From Raillietiella orientalis (Eukaryota), in the NCBI GenBank assembly GCA_036172245.1, contig JAYWIR010000019.1, positions 2,108,001 through 2,172,000 on the forward strand: a DNA stretch of 64,000 nucleotides, read 5' to 3'. The notes beneath the pieces are model-generated. The model worked only from the letters and a program-made list of their open reading frames with translations, did no database searches and was not told where the DNA came from. A program made the translations under genes and the position numbers. Below are positions 1 through 11,000 of this stretch, in pieces. Every line of letters begins with the position of its first letter. Position 1 is the stretch's first letter.

Positions 1-1384
1 ATCTCTAACGTTTCGGAACCGCCCGCTTTCCGAGAGCGCTGCCTACAGAGAGAACAGAATTGGCTCCGCTCAAGATCACGACGATGGGGGAGGAGAACCT
101 GGCGCAGCGCGAAGGGATCGGAGGAAATGCCTCTGGTATTCCAGAAGAACTTCCTTAGTGGAGGGAACATTCCCTTGCAGAATCCTCGCCTCCCCTCGAG
201 AGCATCTCCATGAAGCCTCATAGAGAGCAGTACTTCCCATGGGAATCTAGAATGAGGTAGAACTCTCCAGACGTTTTGTGACCGGAACCCGTGTTCGGCG
301 GCCGGACGTACGTCCTCGACTCTTTGTCTTCTGGCTCCCGAACGTGAGCCCACTTTGCTAAGGCACTCGCACGTGCAGACCCCGGGGCCTGCGCGCCGTC
401 GTCCGCTGCCGCTCCAGGGGACCTCGTGCATACCTGGGACTTTGTCGGACCCAAGGTGTCTGCAGAGGTACATCCAACGCTTTCTCCTCGAAGGCTTGTG
501 GATGGCCGCTCTTCGGTCTTGAAGGACGGAGCCTTGCCTGATTGTTTTTTCCTTCTCTCCCCGGTTCTCATCTGTCCTTCGGCCACCGCACAGAGTCACC
601 GTCGTCCTTTCCTCCACACTGAGACTCTGAGCCGCACTCACTGACTCTACACCGCTGCCCGTCGCCCCACCGGCGCTTCTGCCCACTGTTCTAACGAGCT
701 GGTTTTTCGAGCCCCAGGAGCGGTGCGACGTCCTCATACAGCAGGTGGCCTGAGAAGGGAGAGGCTTCCAGCTGAGGATGCTCCCAAGTAGCAGGCAGCT
801 GAAACAGTTCCGTGGCAGAACTGTGCCACGAATGTTCTTGAGCCACGCGCAACCTCGCGTTCAGGTTCCCCGATCTTACGCCATCCTGCCCCCACGCTTG
901 TGCTTCGAGCGGGGCCGGAGAGGGTTCGCCCGCCTCTTGTTCAACGGAGGGAGCCTTTCAAGCCCGAGCGGCGGCTCTTTGGAAGAAATTTTCGTCTGAC
1001 CTCGCCCCGAAGCCTGACCTTGCATCTGCGGCTGCGCGCACGGCTCTACTCCACGCGCGGCAAGTTTATTTATAAAAGGGTACTTTCGTCCTCTGATGCG
1101 CTGACATCCCCGCCTCTCCAGAATTGGATGCAGCGGACTTGCCTCCGACGCTGCAGCCGTCTCCCTCATCCTGAAACGCCCCTTCCTCGTCTCCTGAAGG
1201 TGGCAAGGCAGGCGAGCTGGCAGTCACGTGTTTTCTAGGTCCTCGTCCGAGAAAATCGTGTTGATCCGAAGAGACGCACGGAGATGCACTGAGGCGATCT
1301 GGCAAGTCGGCAGTTGCGATGAAAGTCGTAATTCGAGCACCAAAAGGGGCGTAGAATATAGGATATGTAGAATATACCAGCTCT

Positions 1385-1650
1385 TGATCCCAAGCCAAGA
1401 TAGAGCCGGACAGTTGCGGTGAAAGTGAAGAAATAGAAGGCAGTACTGGTTTAAGGTGATCATCCGTTATAGATGCGTTCGATAGCCGGCGTGAGGGTAA
1501 GCAAGAAAAATCGACCTGAGGCTGCCCGAAAATACCGAGCTAATTGATGCAGTGCCACCCACGTAATCGGTGCCATGGATACCTTTGATGGTTATCACGA
1601 TACCAGTCAAAAATGAAATCTGTCACGCCCGTAGGTGGCGCAATCATTGG
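1385..1650 (-). pseudogene. Possible ancient cox1-derived NUMT
   Basis: Across frameshifts, MIAPPTGV..IF.W, IHGT, LGIF, LSNASI, HFH and LS..G occur in COX1 order and near-native spacing. Confidence 0.4.
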
Positions 1651-2904
1651 AACGCACCCAACTCTAACTGGATCTTCCTCTTTTGCAGCCGAATGTGCTG
1701 TAGCCGCAGTTCTGGCACCTGCTTCGTTGCCAAGCAACGGACTCTTCTCAACTTTGAGTGGATGGAGTCTGACTACCGTGCGCAACCAGGGAACGGGGTT
1801 TGCCAAGCGACGGTCCAAAGAACCGTTCAAGCGACCCTTCGACGTTTTCTTCTCCATCCCGGTGAATTTCTCCCGCTGGAATGCCGTCCCGCTGAATTTT
1901 CCCCAAACGATCGAAGCTCGGCATCTCGGAGTCTCCGTTCGTCCTTTGTGCTGATGAAAGCGCCTTGCATCTGCGGTGCTGCGTCACTCGCGCGCGCCTG
2001 AGAGTGCCCACCTTCCCGCTTCAGGAGCGAAATAACCATCTCCTCCGGGAGCGCCGGTCGGCCTTTTCGCTCGCCGAACGTCGCGGGTTCGAATACCCGT
2101 GAAGGGTCGGCGCCGAGGATGGATGCGTCCGTAGGGTTCGAGTTCCCCCGCGGGACGCTAATTGGCTCGCGGACCTCGGGTGAGGCCCCGCACAACGCCT
2201 GCACGCTCTGGAGACGTTCACGGGAGCACACGAGAGACACAGCGTTCCAGGAAAGCGTAAGCGTCCCGGTCGCGGAAGGCAACAACGCGGATGCGGTGGA
2301 GTCGTAGCACGCCTCCGCCACCAGCGCCAATATGGAGTTCCGTTCCTCACGGCTTTACGAGGTAGAGGATTAGGAGGCTGTGCAGGCTGACGGCCTGTGA
2401 TCCACAGCAGCAACCCAGAAATGATTAGAGACCTTTTCCGAGGAGCACCAGAACGTCCACGCGGCTCAGCACTCATGAGCCCTCGATAACATCAACCTGC
2501 TGTGAACACGGTCTCAGAGACGGTCTGCCGAGAACGAGCCCCGGCAGGCGCAGGTCACGAGCCCGCGTTGGTCGCCGCGTGGCTACGGTTTCCAGGCCGT
2601 TTGGGAGTTCGAATCCCCCCGGGGAAGGATCGACGCCTAGAAGTGAGTGGGTCCTGTGTTTCGAGATCCCCTGCCCCCACCCACCCCTGCAAAGATGAAT
2701 CTGGATGGCCTATTCGGGTGCCGCAATGGTTGACACCCGGTCACTATTTACCAAAAATAAACGAACACCTCTGTGGCAGGACGTTTGATCCTACCACGTT
2801 ACTTAAGAATACGAAAAGGAACCTGCCGGGATCTGGCACGCAGGTGAACGGGGTTCGCCTCGGCAGCACAGAAGAAGGGGAGACAAACAAAAAACATAAG
2901 TCAA

Positions 2905-3660
2905 AAGAATGTGGGGATTCTGGAAGGGATCACTGTGTGCTGGAGAGCATCCCTGTGAGGATGCCGGCAAGTTTTTGTTTCAAGGCTCCCAGATGGGGGC
3001 CATCTTGACACTATCTTCAAGGAGAGAACAGCAAAATAGACGACGTCCATCTCGTTCTGGCCTCCTCTGGCGTTGCTGCTCCATGCAGCCACGATGTCGC
3101 GTAGGCAGCAAAGTGCTGCTAGGGAGGGATGCGGCCGACATTCCATGCGGGCGTCGCTCAGGAAGAGGCGCGTCTCTGGGGTTGCCGCCGGGAGTTCCAA
3201 TGGTCGCGAAAAAGCGCCCCCAAAGGAAATGGAGGGCAACACAGTCCATTGGGAGGTGCGGGAGGGATTCAGGTTCCCCGCACCTGACGCAGTTCGGGTC
3301 CACGCATCCCCCCTGTGTCCAGTGACGACGGCGGGCGTCGCACGAGAGGCCCCGGTGCAGCAGCATCAACGCCGACTCCTGCGACTTTAGGGAGGGTACG
3401 GATGTTCATCAGCACCAGGGAGCACTGCAGATTTTCCTCTGGAATACCCAGTAGGACGTCCCAAAGCAAAAGTCCAGGAGATCGAGCAATTGGGATTGCA
3501 GAGTCGGCGGGCTGGCCCATCATCCATCCACTCGTCCAGTCCTCTTCTCCTTCCATCTAGCCATAAGGCTTTTGCCCATGGGTTTTCTAAGGGAGGGCAG
3601 CACAGCGGCGAGGTTCTGCTTACCCATGTACTCTTCGCGGGATCTTCCAGGATCTCCCGG
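2905..3660 (-). mobile_element. Decayed 3' end of an L1/Tx1-like non-LTR retrotransposon ORF2 (zf-RVT-like C-terminal zinc finger)
   Basis: LLHRGLSCDARRRHW..PNCVRCGEPESLPHLPMDCVALHFLW (CxxC...E...HL...C) with frameshifts; homologous to the copy at 4230-4790. Confidence 0.7.
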
Positions 3661-3809
3661 AGCATGTAGTTGTTGTTACGCGCGTACAGGAAACGTCGCG
3701 CTTGCTCCGCGCTTGGCTCCTGGATCCTCGCTCACGTGCGAACGGCCTATTCAGGTGCGGCACTGGTGGAAGCTCTATGGGTGGCCGGGATTGGAAGTTG
3801 ACCTTCCGG

Positions 3810-4085
3810 AGTCCTTCCGGGAATCAAGGAGCCTGTTGGAGTTCCCCTCCGTTTTTGCAAATAGAGCCGTCCCCAATGTTCATGGGGAATCTTTCCATCT
3901 CATACCCTGGAGCTGGTGAATTGATAGCTCTCCATAGTGTCAAGAAATGCGCTGCTCCCTTCGGGGAGAGGAGCAGTGTTCCCTTCGGGGCTCTCTTCAG
4001 AGTAGGAAACAAGGAGCGATTCCCTTGAGGGTTCCCTCCGGAGAGAATAAGGAAGAGATTCCCTTCGGGATTCCCTTCGGAGACA
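3810..4085 (+). repeat. Dispersed repeat, copy 1 (copy 2 at ~56675-56935, minus strand)
   Basis: Collinear blocks GAATCAAG.AGCC, CCCTCCG...TGCAA...GAGCCGT, TCCATCTC, CTTCGGGGAGAGG and CTCTCTTCAGA...GGAAAC.AGGAG are shared with the reverse complement of 56675-56935. Confidence 0.75.
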
Positions 4086-4229
4086 ACCAGCTAACGAGCG
4101 GAAGCTGATGAGCGCATGGACCATGGGACATGTGTAGCGAATGCTGCGACCCCGAGTGTTCTTCCACGAGGGCTACAACGCTGGGGCGAGCTGCTCGGCA
4201 TTCTTAGCGAAGGCCTGGAATTGCCCCCG

Positions 4230-4790
4230 GTGCTCAAGAACAGCAGTGCTCTCCCCCTGAAGTGGCGGGAGTTGTTACTTCTGCTGTTGCACTTGGGTCT
4301 TCACTGCAACTCCCGCTGACACCACCGGACGCCGGGGAGGGCGAGCCCGGAGTGTCGCAGGTGCAGGGAACGGGAACCCCTCCTCCTGAACCTGCTTATG
4401 GATTGTGTTGCCCTCCGGCCCCTATGGAAGCGCTTTTCTGAGACTCTAGGAATTCCCGGCAACAACCCCAAGGACGCTTTACGGCTCCTCTTTGTGCGGG
4501 ACGCCCTGCAGCCAGCCGCAACTTGGCAACGCTTTGCTGCATCCGCGGGATTACAGCAGCCTGGAGCGAAACCGACAAAGGAAGTAATGGGAAGAACGCC
4601 GTCCAGCTCGCAGTTCGTTTCCTGCGGATAGCGGCCAGATGGCCCCACCTGGGACCTACTTGGACGAACTTAGCTGGCATCCCGGAAAGGATGCAGAGAG
4701 CTCTCTCCAGTGGACAGTGGTCCCTTCCCGATCCTCTCAAAGATTTTTATTTACTCTTTCTTTTTCTTTTTGTTTTCTCCCGTCTCCCTC
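4230..4790 (+). mobile_element. Second decayed L1/Tx1-like ORF2 3' end
   Basis: LPLKWRELLLLLLHLGLHCNSR*..PECRRCREREPLLLNLLMDCVALRPLWKRF, followed by a T-rich tail. Nucleotides AGATGGCCCC...CAGTGGTCCCTTCC align with the reverse complement of ~2915-3006. Confidence 0.7.
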
Positions 4791-6869
4791 CGCTGTCGAG
4801 GTGACCTCCGTCGGCCTACGTACGGCGATCCTGCAGGTTTATGGGCAAATGGAGTGTGTGGTGGGACCATGTGTTCTACCACAATATAGGATTCTAGTTT
4901 CAATTTTAAGAAACGCCTTGGCGTGTCCGGGTGCAAATCGGAGACCACCAGGGCAAGAGTTTTCTTCGGGGTTTAGCCCTACCCAGCGTATGAGGAACGG
5001 ACTCCTTCCTCAAGAGTCTTCCAGGATTCATAGGGTGGTACCCTCCTGGGGTACCCCTTTTATCTCGAAAAGTTATGTGAACACTTGGGTGGTGTGGACA
5101 GCATTAAAGCTCTTCGCAAGCCTCTCCCAAGGGGGCGGACAGTTCTTCAGCACTTGGCAAGCCAGAAAAAAACGATCTCAGAAAAAAAAAAAAAAAAAAG
5201 TCTTTGAGTGACCCGACAGCCAACGGAAAGGAAATTCGGGAAATTCCCACGGACTTAGCTACCACGGCTGTCTCCGCAACCGCGTCCTTCGATCTTGACC
5301 AACTTCTCAAGGGAAATCCCTCGTCGCAAGAAGCGAAACGCCTGATCCGCTGTACGCGTGAGTTGCACGCGTTTCAAGTTCTGGAGCGACGGTAAGAAGC
5401 GACTCTCGAGCCGGAAAGGCCATCTTCCGGGACCGTGCTCTTGAGCCCAGACACACGAGGCAACCGCATCAGAAGCTGCAGATGAATCCTGCAAGGTAGG
5501 GCCGCAGAGCCGCCTCCTCGACTGCCAGCCTGATTGCCCCATAAAACGAATCGCATCAGGAGCCGAACAAAGGAAGGCGGATCTGCTTGCGAAATAACCT
5601 GCGGCCGGCGACGTGTGACCTCCAGGACGAAACCGGGATACGCGTTGGATCCGTGAGCGACTTCAAGTCTGAGGAGAGCGAGTTGGCGGAACAGGATATG
5701 TGGATGAGACTGCCATTCGTCTAACCTTTGTCCCGCCGTTGTTCTGGACAAGCTTTCCCTTTCGTGCTAGTGTTCTGCGTCGATGCACACGGGCTGAGCC
5801 GCGCGGTGTGCGCGTAGACTGCGGGAGAGAGAGAAATCGATAGTAAGAAAGAGTAGAAAGGATGAAAACGTCTGAAACCGGGCACAGATAGCAATTCGAC
5901 AATCCCACCGAAGGAAGCGAAGCAGCTGGGTTTCTTGGGCAGGATGCATGGACCAGAGTCTCCCACGATCACGGAAGCATCGGACGATCGTCAACCCCAT
6001 CTCCCCCGAAGCCGGCCGATCCTCCCTCTATGCAGAGGAACGTCATTCGCGCTTGAACTTCGAGATCATTGTCTGACGATGTCTTGCCAAGATCGAAATG
6101 ATGGTCCCAGCTCAGGGGACTCCTCCAACTTCGAGCCATTATCGAGCTTTCCTCAGGGACTCATGCTTGGCTGGAGACTCTTGTCTGTTTATGTATGCCT
6201 GAAGAACTCCCACGAAGATTTCCCCTAGCACACATTCTACTCCAGCGTGACTGCTTAGGCTGAAGAGTAGCAATGACATTCACATCCATGACCCTCGATT
6301 TAAAAAAAAACTTGCACAAAACTTTCTTCAAGAGGAGAAGAAAAGGTTCTGAGGTTCCCCCGCACTGGATCGAACCTTGTTTTGCCTTGTTCGTTCCCCC
6401 TTCAGAAACGGCCCCACGGTCTGCTGACAGCAGATCTCTCCTCCGATTCGGATAGTGCTCAGATAGTTTGCATTCCCAGATGTGCCTACCAGGAAGTCTG
6501 GGGGCTTCTCTTTTTCGGGAGGGTCAATCCTAGACATTCAAAAGACCATGGAAGCACACCGACTACCTATTCTTGATAAGATACAGGAGCCTGCCTTCAA
6601 CTTTCAGTCGTCTGCATGAGACCACGATGGCTCCTTTCCGTGAAAATCCAAGCGATGCCTGGATCCTACTTATCCAGTGCCGCCGCCGAGCTGGGATCCT
6701 GCTGGTGAGACAGAAGAGTGAGGAGTCTGAAAGCGAATAGCAGCTGTCTTAGAGGAATCGGGGAAGCAAAGAAGAAATCGATCCTAGGGAAGGGAACGCA
6801 GCAGAAAACGCACCTGCCAGAAACACTAGAGGTCCAGTCGAAAGGAAAGAAACTGGTGGGAATCTCCTG

Positions 6870-7090
6870 GAACACAGGCGAAATTCCTTACTGCCTTCCA
6901 GACCCTAAGGGAATCTGGTTTGCAGCCACTCCGTTCGTCTGCTGTCTCTCTGTTGCCATTGCCGAAATTCGATTCCGAATTTCTTAGACGAGCACGCGCT
7001 TCCTCCCGTCACGTGTTTCCCCCGTGCTGTTCCAGGTGCGGAACGATCGAACCGTTCCCGCACCAGCTTCTGGAAGTACGTTGTCGCTCC
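6870..7090 (+). mobile_element. Third, more diverged zf-RVT-like remnant
   Basis: PPCCSRCGTIEPFPHQLLEVRC resembles the same CxxC...E...H...C motif. Confidence 0.4.
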
Positions 7091-7759
7091 ACGGGCTGTG
7101 GTGGAGACTGTCTTCGGCTCTTCCTGTTCCAATAGGACGCCGCTGCCGTGATTTCCTGCGGGGGGCTCTCGGCAGGGACAATGATGGCGACGAGATGGTG
7201 CATCCGCGCCACAGCCACGGCCCGCCACGTCTTGGAGAAGGAAGGGCAGCGCAGCGAATCCACCCGCACGGCAGCCGCCTGAACGAGGACGACTGTGTGG
7301 TGGCCACAGCAGGAAGAGGAGGTCGTGTCAGAGATCTCCGGCATCCCACGCCGGTTCTAGGACGAAGGAACGATCGAAGCCAAAGACCTCCTGTCCCCAC
7401 CCCTTTCTTTGTTTCTTTCATCGTTCGCTCCCACCTGTTCCAGACTTCCAAAGCGACCAACCTGCTTGTCGGCGGGGTCTCCCCTTGAAACTCTTCCTGT
7501 TTACCCCTGGGAGCCTTCTTGTTTGTACGAACAAACATCTCGGCGTGACTGGGTGAAACTCTACACCGACCGGGTACTTTTTTTCTGAGGAACCCGGCCG
7601 CCATACCCTGGGGTCGCACATCTTCGTTTCCAGTATGCCGGACTTTCGAGAAAGGTGTCGTGGATCTGCATCGGAACTTTTCCCAAACGATCGATGAATT
7701 GCGAATTTCAGGTGCTCCGAGATGTCTGACGCCAGGGGTGGCAGCAGAGAAGATGGAAT

Positions 7760-8090
7760 TATCTTAGGTCATTAAGCAGGCGAACGCAAAGCTGGAGGAG
7801 GCATCTTCGCCAGATACGAGGGATATCTCCTCACAGTTCTATCTCAATCCAGTTCTGACCCACTTTCGCCAGAGGGCAACTGCGGTTGCGTTTGGTTTGA
7901 TAAGCAGCCATGGCGTTTCTTTCAAATATGGAGCTCGTACCAAATCCAAAGACGGCTCTGGGGTATTTCCCTCTGCCGAGCTACAGATGGAAACTTCAGT
8001 ATCCTTATCCTTCCTTCGAGCGGCAGTCCAACTCGAACGACTGTCCTTAATTTCGCCCCACAAAAAGTGCCTGGCAAACACACAGGCGAC
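7760..8090 (+). mobile_element. Possible decayed LINE reverse-transcriptase N-terminal remnant
   Basis: EASSPDTRDISSQFY and LSLISPHKKCLAN resemble KSPGPDG...FY and PISLL...K.LA, in the expected order. Confidence 0.35.
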
Positions 8091-11000
8091 TCCGATCTGA
8101 TTTTCTGGCATGCATTTGCTTGCTTGCTTGTTTGTTTGGTTGGTTGGCTTCAGTCAAAACACCAGCAGCGTAGCAAATTTCAAAAGAGCATTCACACCGA
8201 GGAGGGCTATATCTAATTGTCCTGTATCTGTCTCTTAGTGTATTTCCGTTCTAGCAACTCGATCCTCAATTGCAGGTTGCCAAGTATGCAAAAGCAGTTA
8301 CCAAGCATAAAGGATATTCCGTTAAGGGATGCGTTTCATGTAACTGGAAGGGCACTTCATCCCGCAACAGTCCGGATGGAGCATTTCGAAAATTCAATGC
8401 CTTTGGTGTTAAAAGTTTCGTCAATAGGGTGCTTCCTCTAACGAAGGGAGAATAAACAAACGATCACGGTGTTGAGAAAGCACGTTGCCTCGGCGCTCCT
8501 CATGTGTGCACAATAGAGCCTTTCCTTACGAGAGTTCGTGTCATTCTTAGAGGAATAAAATAACATAACGCAACCTTGACATTCTTGGCGTCTTTACGAA
8601 ACGCTCGACATCCTATTCTTTGATCTCAACATCGCACAGCTTACGTGAACTCATTTTGCATTCTGCTCGCATGACTTTTTTGAGCTTATCTGGTGAATTA
8701 TGCCCGGGGATTGCACTAGGTGTGGCTTGGAAATCACAGCACACTCCAGAAGTTGACGCAGGTACCATCAGGAACTTCCGAACGAACCCTTTTTGAGTCG
8801 GTAGGTGGTGGTGCGCACGGGGATGCGTGCTTGTGACCTGGATCCCCTGAGGAAACGTTCCACGAGGAGCACGCATGTGCTTACCATCTCCCTGCTCCTT
8901 TAAGAATCTTCCCTCGACTCGTCGCCGCCGACTGAGGTTCACTGCTTAGTGGACGGCAGGCATCCCCTCCCAAATATCTCTGTTCCGGATTCCCTGGATC
9001 CGAGGGACCCCCCGAGCATATGTCACTCTCCCTCTGAGTTTCGTGGATAAAGCTGAAAACGATCCTGGCCCTCGAACGAATGAATCACTGCCCGCGACAT
9101 ATTGCTCAAGATTTTTAGAAAGGGATGGAAAGAGCCCAGTGGTGGTAGACCTACATCTTTTGCCCATTTCACTAAGATCGCACGCCACAATCGACAAAGC
9201 TTATTCCACATGAATTGTCTTCTTTTTTTTTTTGCCTCTAATAGGCATTTGAATTTGGCATGAACTGTATCCACGCCCTCTTAGAATAGTTTTTTCTTTC
9301 CCACCGAAGAGGCCGGCAAATGTCAGTCTCTCTCCGCGGGATGACCTGTGTTTCCCTCGGTGCTTCGCAATGGAAAATCATGCCTGTATCTTGAAATTGG
9401 AAAATGCCCCCAAGTTCCATGGCACCCTCTCGTCCCCGCTCGTTGACAAGAGATCGCTGCGCCTCCCGCTCTTTCTGTAGGGATGGACCGCGTCCATGAT
9501 TTCCTGTAACCGGATATCGTTCCCATTTTCATTGATTGCCGAGATTCCCTCGCCTACAGTTGACAGGGATTCGCAGTGCCTGCGTCAAGAATTTCAGCAC
9601 CTGTGTCCAGCATCAGCACGGACTACTTACTCGTAGTGTTGCTCCGCCGACGACGATGTTTACGCCTTATGCCAGGAGGAAGCTAATCTATTCGGCTGCG
9701 AGTCGTGAGCACCCCAACATCTGTGTGGACTCTGTGCTGAAGTCCATAAAATATCGAGTGTTATTTATTAGGCATTACGGGAGACTGGTGCTCCTCCTAC
9801 TCTACCAGCCACTTTTGTTTTAGTTAGCGAATTTTACGATCTTGCAGTAAGGTTAGCACCTTACTGTTCTTTCGTGTTACATTAATGACGGGGTTCACCT
9901 GTGTCGATCCAAGCAAGGAAATGAACAACGCAAATGGATGGATAAATTGGTGGACACTCAGCAGTGATCAGTTTCATGAGCTTGGCGGAATGAGACGAAA
10001 CCTTATCGTCAGCAAAAAGCATGACGATATGGTGTCATGAATTGCATTGGGACTGTGGCAAAGAATGACGATTATAAAGTAAAATATGCAATAAACATAA
10101 ACTAAATAGGCAAATTTGCATCAGACGACACCATGCACTCCTGTTTATTGCACTGCGTTTGAATTAATGTAATAAATTGCTAGACGTGTTATTTCATTAC
10201 TCACACGCTTGTGAGTAATGAAATAACGTTCGATACATCAATTTTCCCTTTTCAAACTCGGTCCGTGGCTCGTGATTGCATCGATTTGCATCAGCATGGA
10301 AGCTGGATGATGGATCTTAAAGTCGTATCTGACGTTTTGCGAGACGGACGCTCGAAATCTGCATCCCGAACCAGAACTCAGTCATCTCATTCGATAGTTC
10401 CGTTTCTTCACAGCATAAGAAATGCTCTTCTGCGGGCTTTCCTTTTTGGTCACCATTGCCTTTTAGTTCCTTCAGATTTGATCGTTTACCTATTCATGCC
10501 AGTTTACATTCCAAGTACGGCGAAACATTCATGCTATACACATTTGTGTCTGTGTATGGTATGCACACTGCCAGTCTGCGGAAGAGCACGTATGACTAAG
10601 CGTTTGAAGCATTCCCTTCCGTTTGCCAACATCAAAGACAGCAGTAAATAATAAGAGAACAGAAATTACACACTGTCCAATATTTTATTGATCGGGAACT
10701 TTCACGACAAATTCACCCTTTAATCAGGTTAATCCTGCTTTCCTGTTTTCCTTGCCATGGCCTGCGGCATTCTCATCCTTTCGGTACGATCCGCGTTCCG
10801 ATCCGCTGCCATCTGTCCATTCTCGAAATTTCAAACGGTGCTTTTCGTCATTTCCTGCCCAGTTCACGATGGTGTTGTTCCTGTCAGGGTGGTGCTCTTC
10901 TTTTTTTTTCCTCTTTTTTTTTTTTTTTAGTGCACTGTCTTTCGAGACTTTTTTAGAGTGTGGCCTGGGACTCCGGTCGCTGTCGCATTTACGACGTGGG

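Noticed and set aside
4100..4150. Hammerhead-like CTGATGAG...CGAA (similar core at ~54281)
   Set aside because: GAAA is not intact and stems I/III cannot form.
9735..9850. Minus-strand traces FAN*, WLV, GAP, NN resembling cox1 FGNWLV..GAP..MNN
   Set aside because: Motifs are too short and need several frameshifts; indistinguishable from chance by eye.
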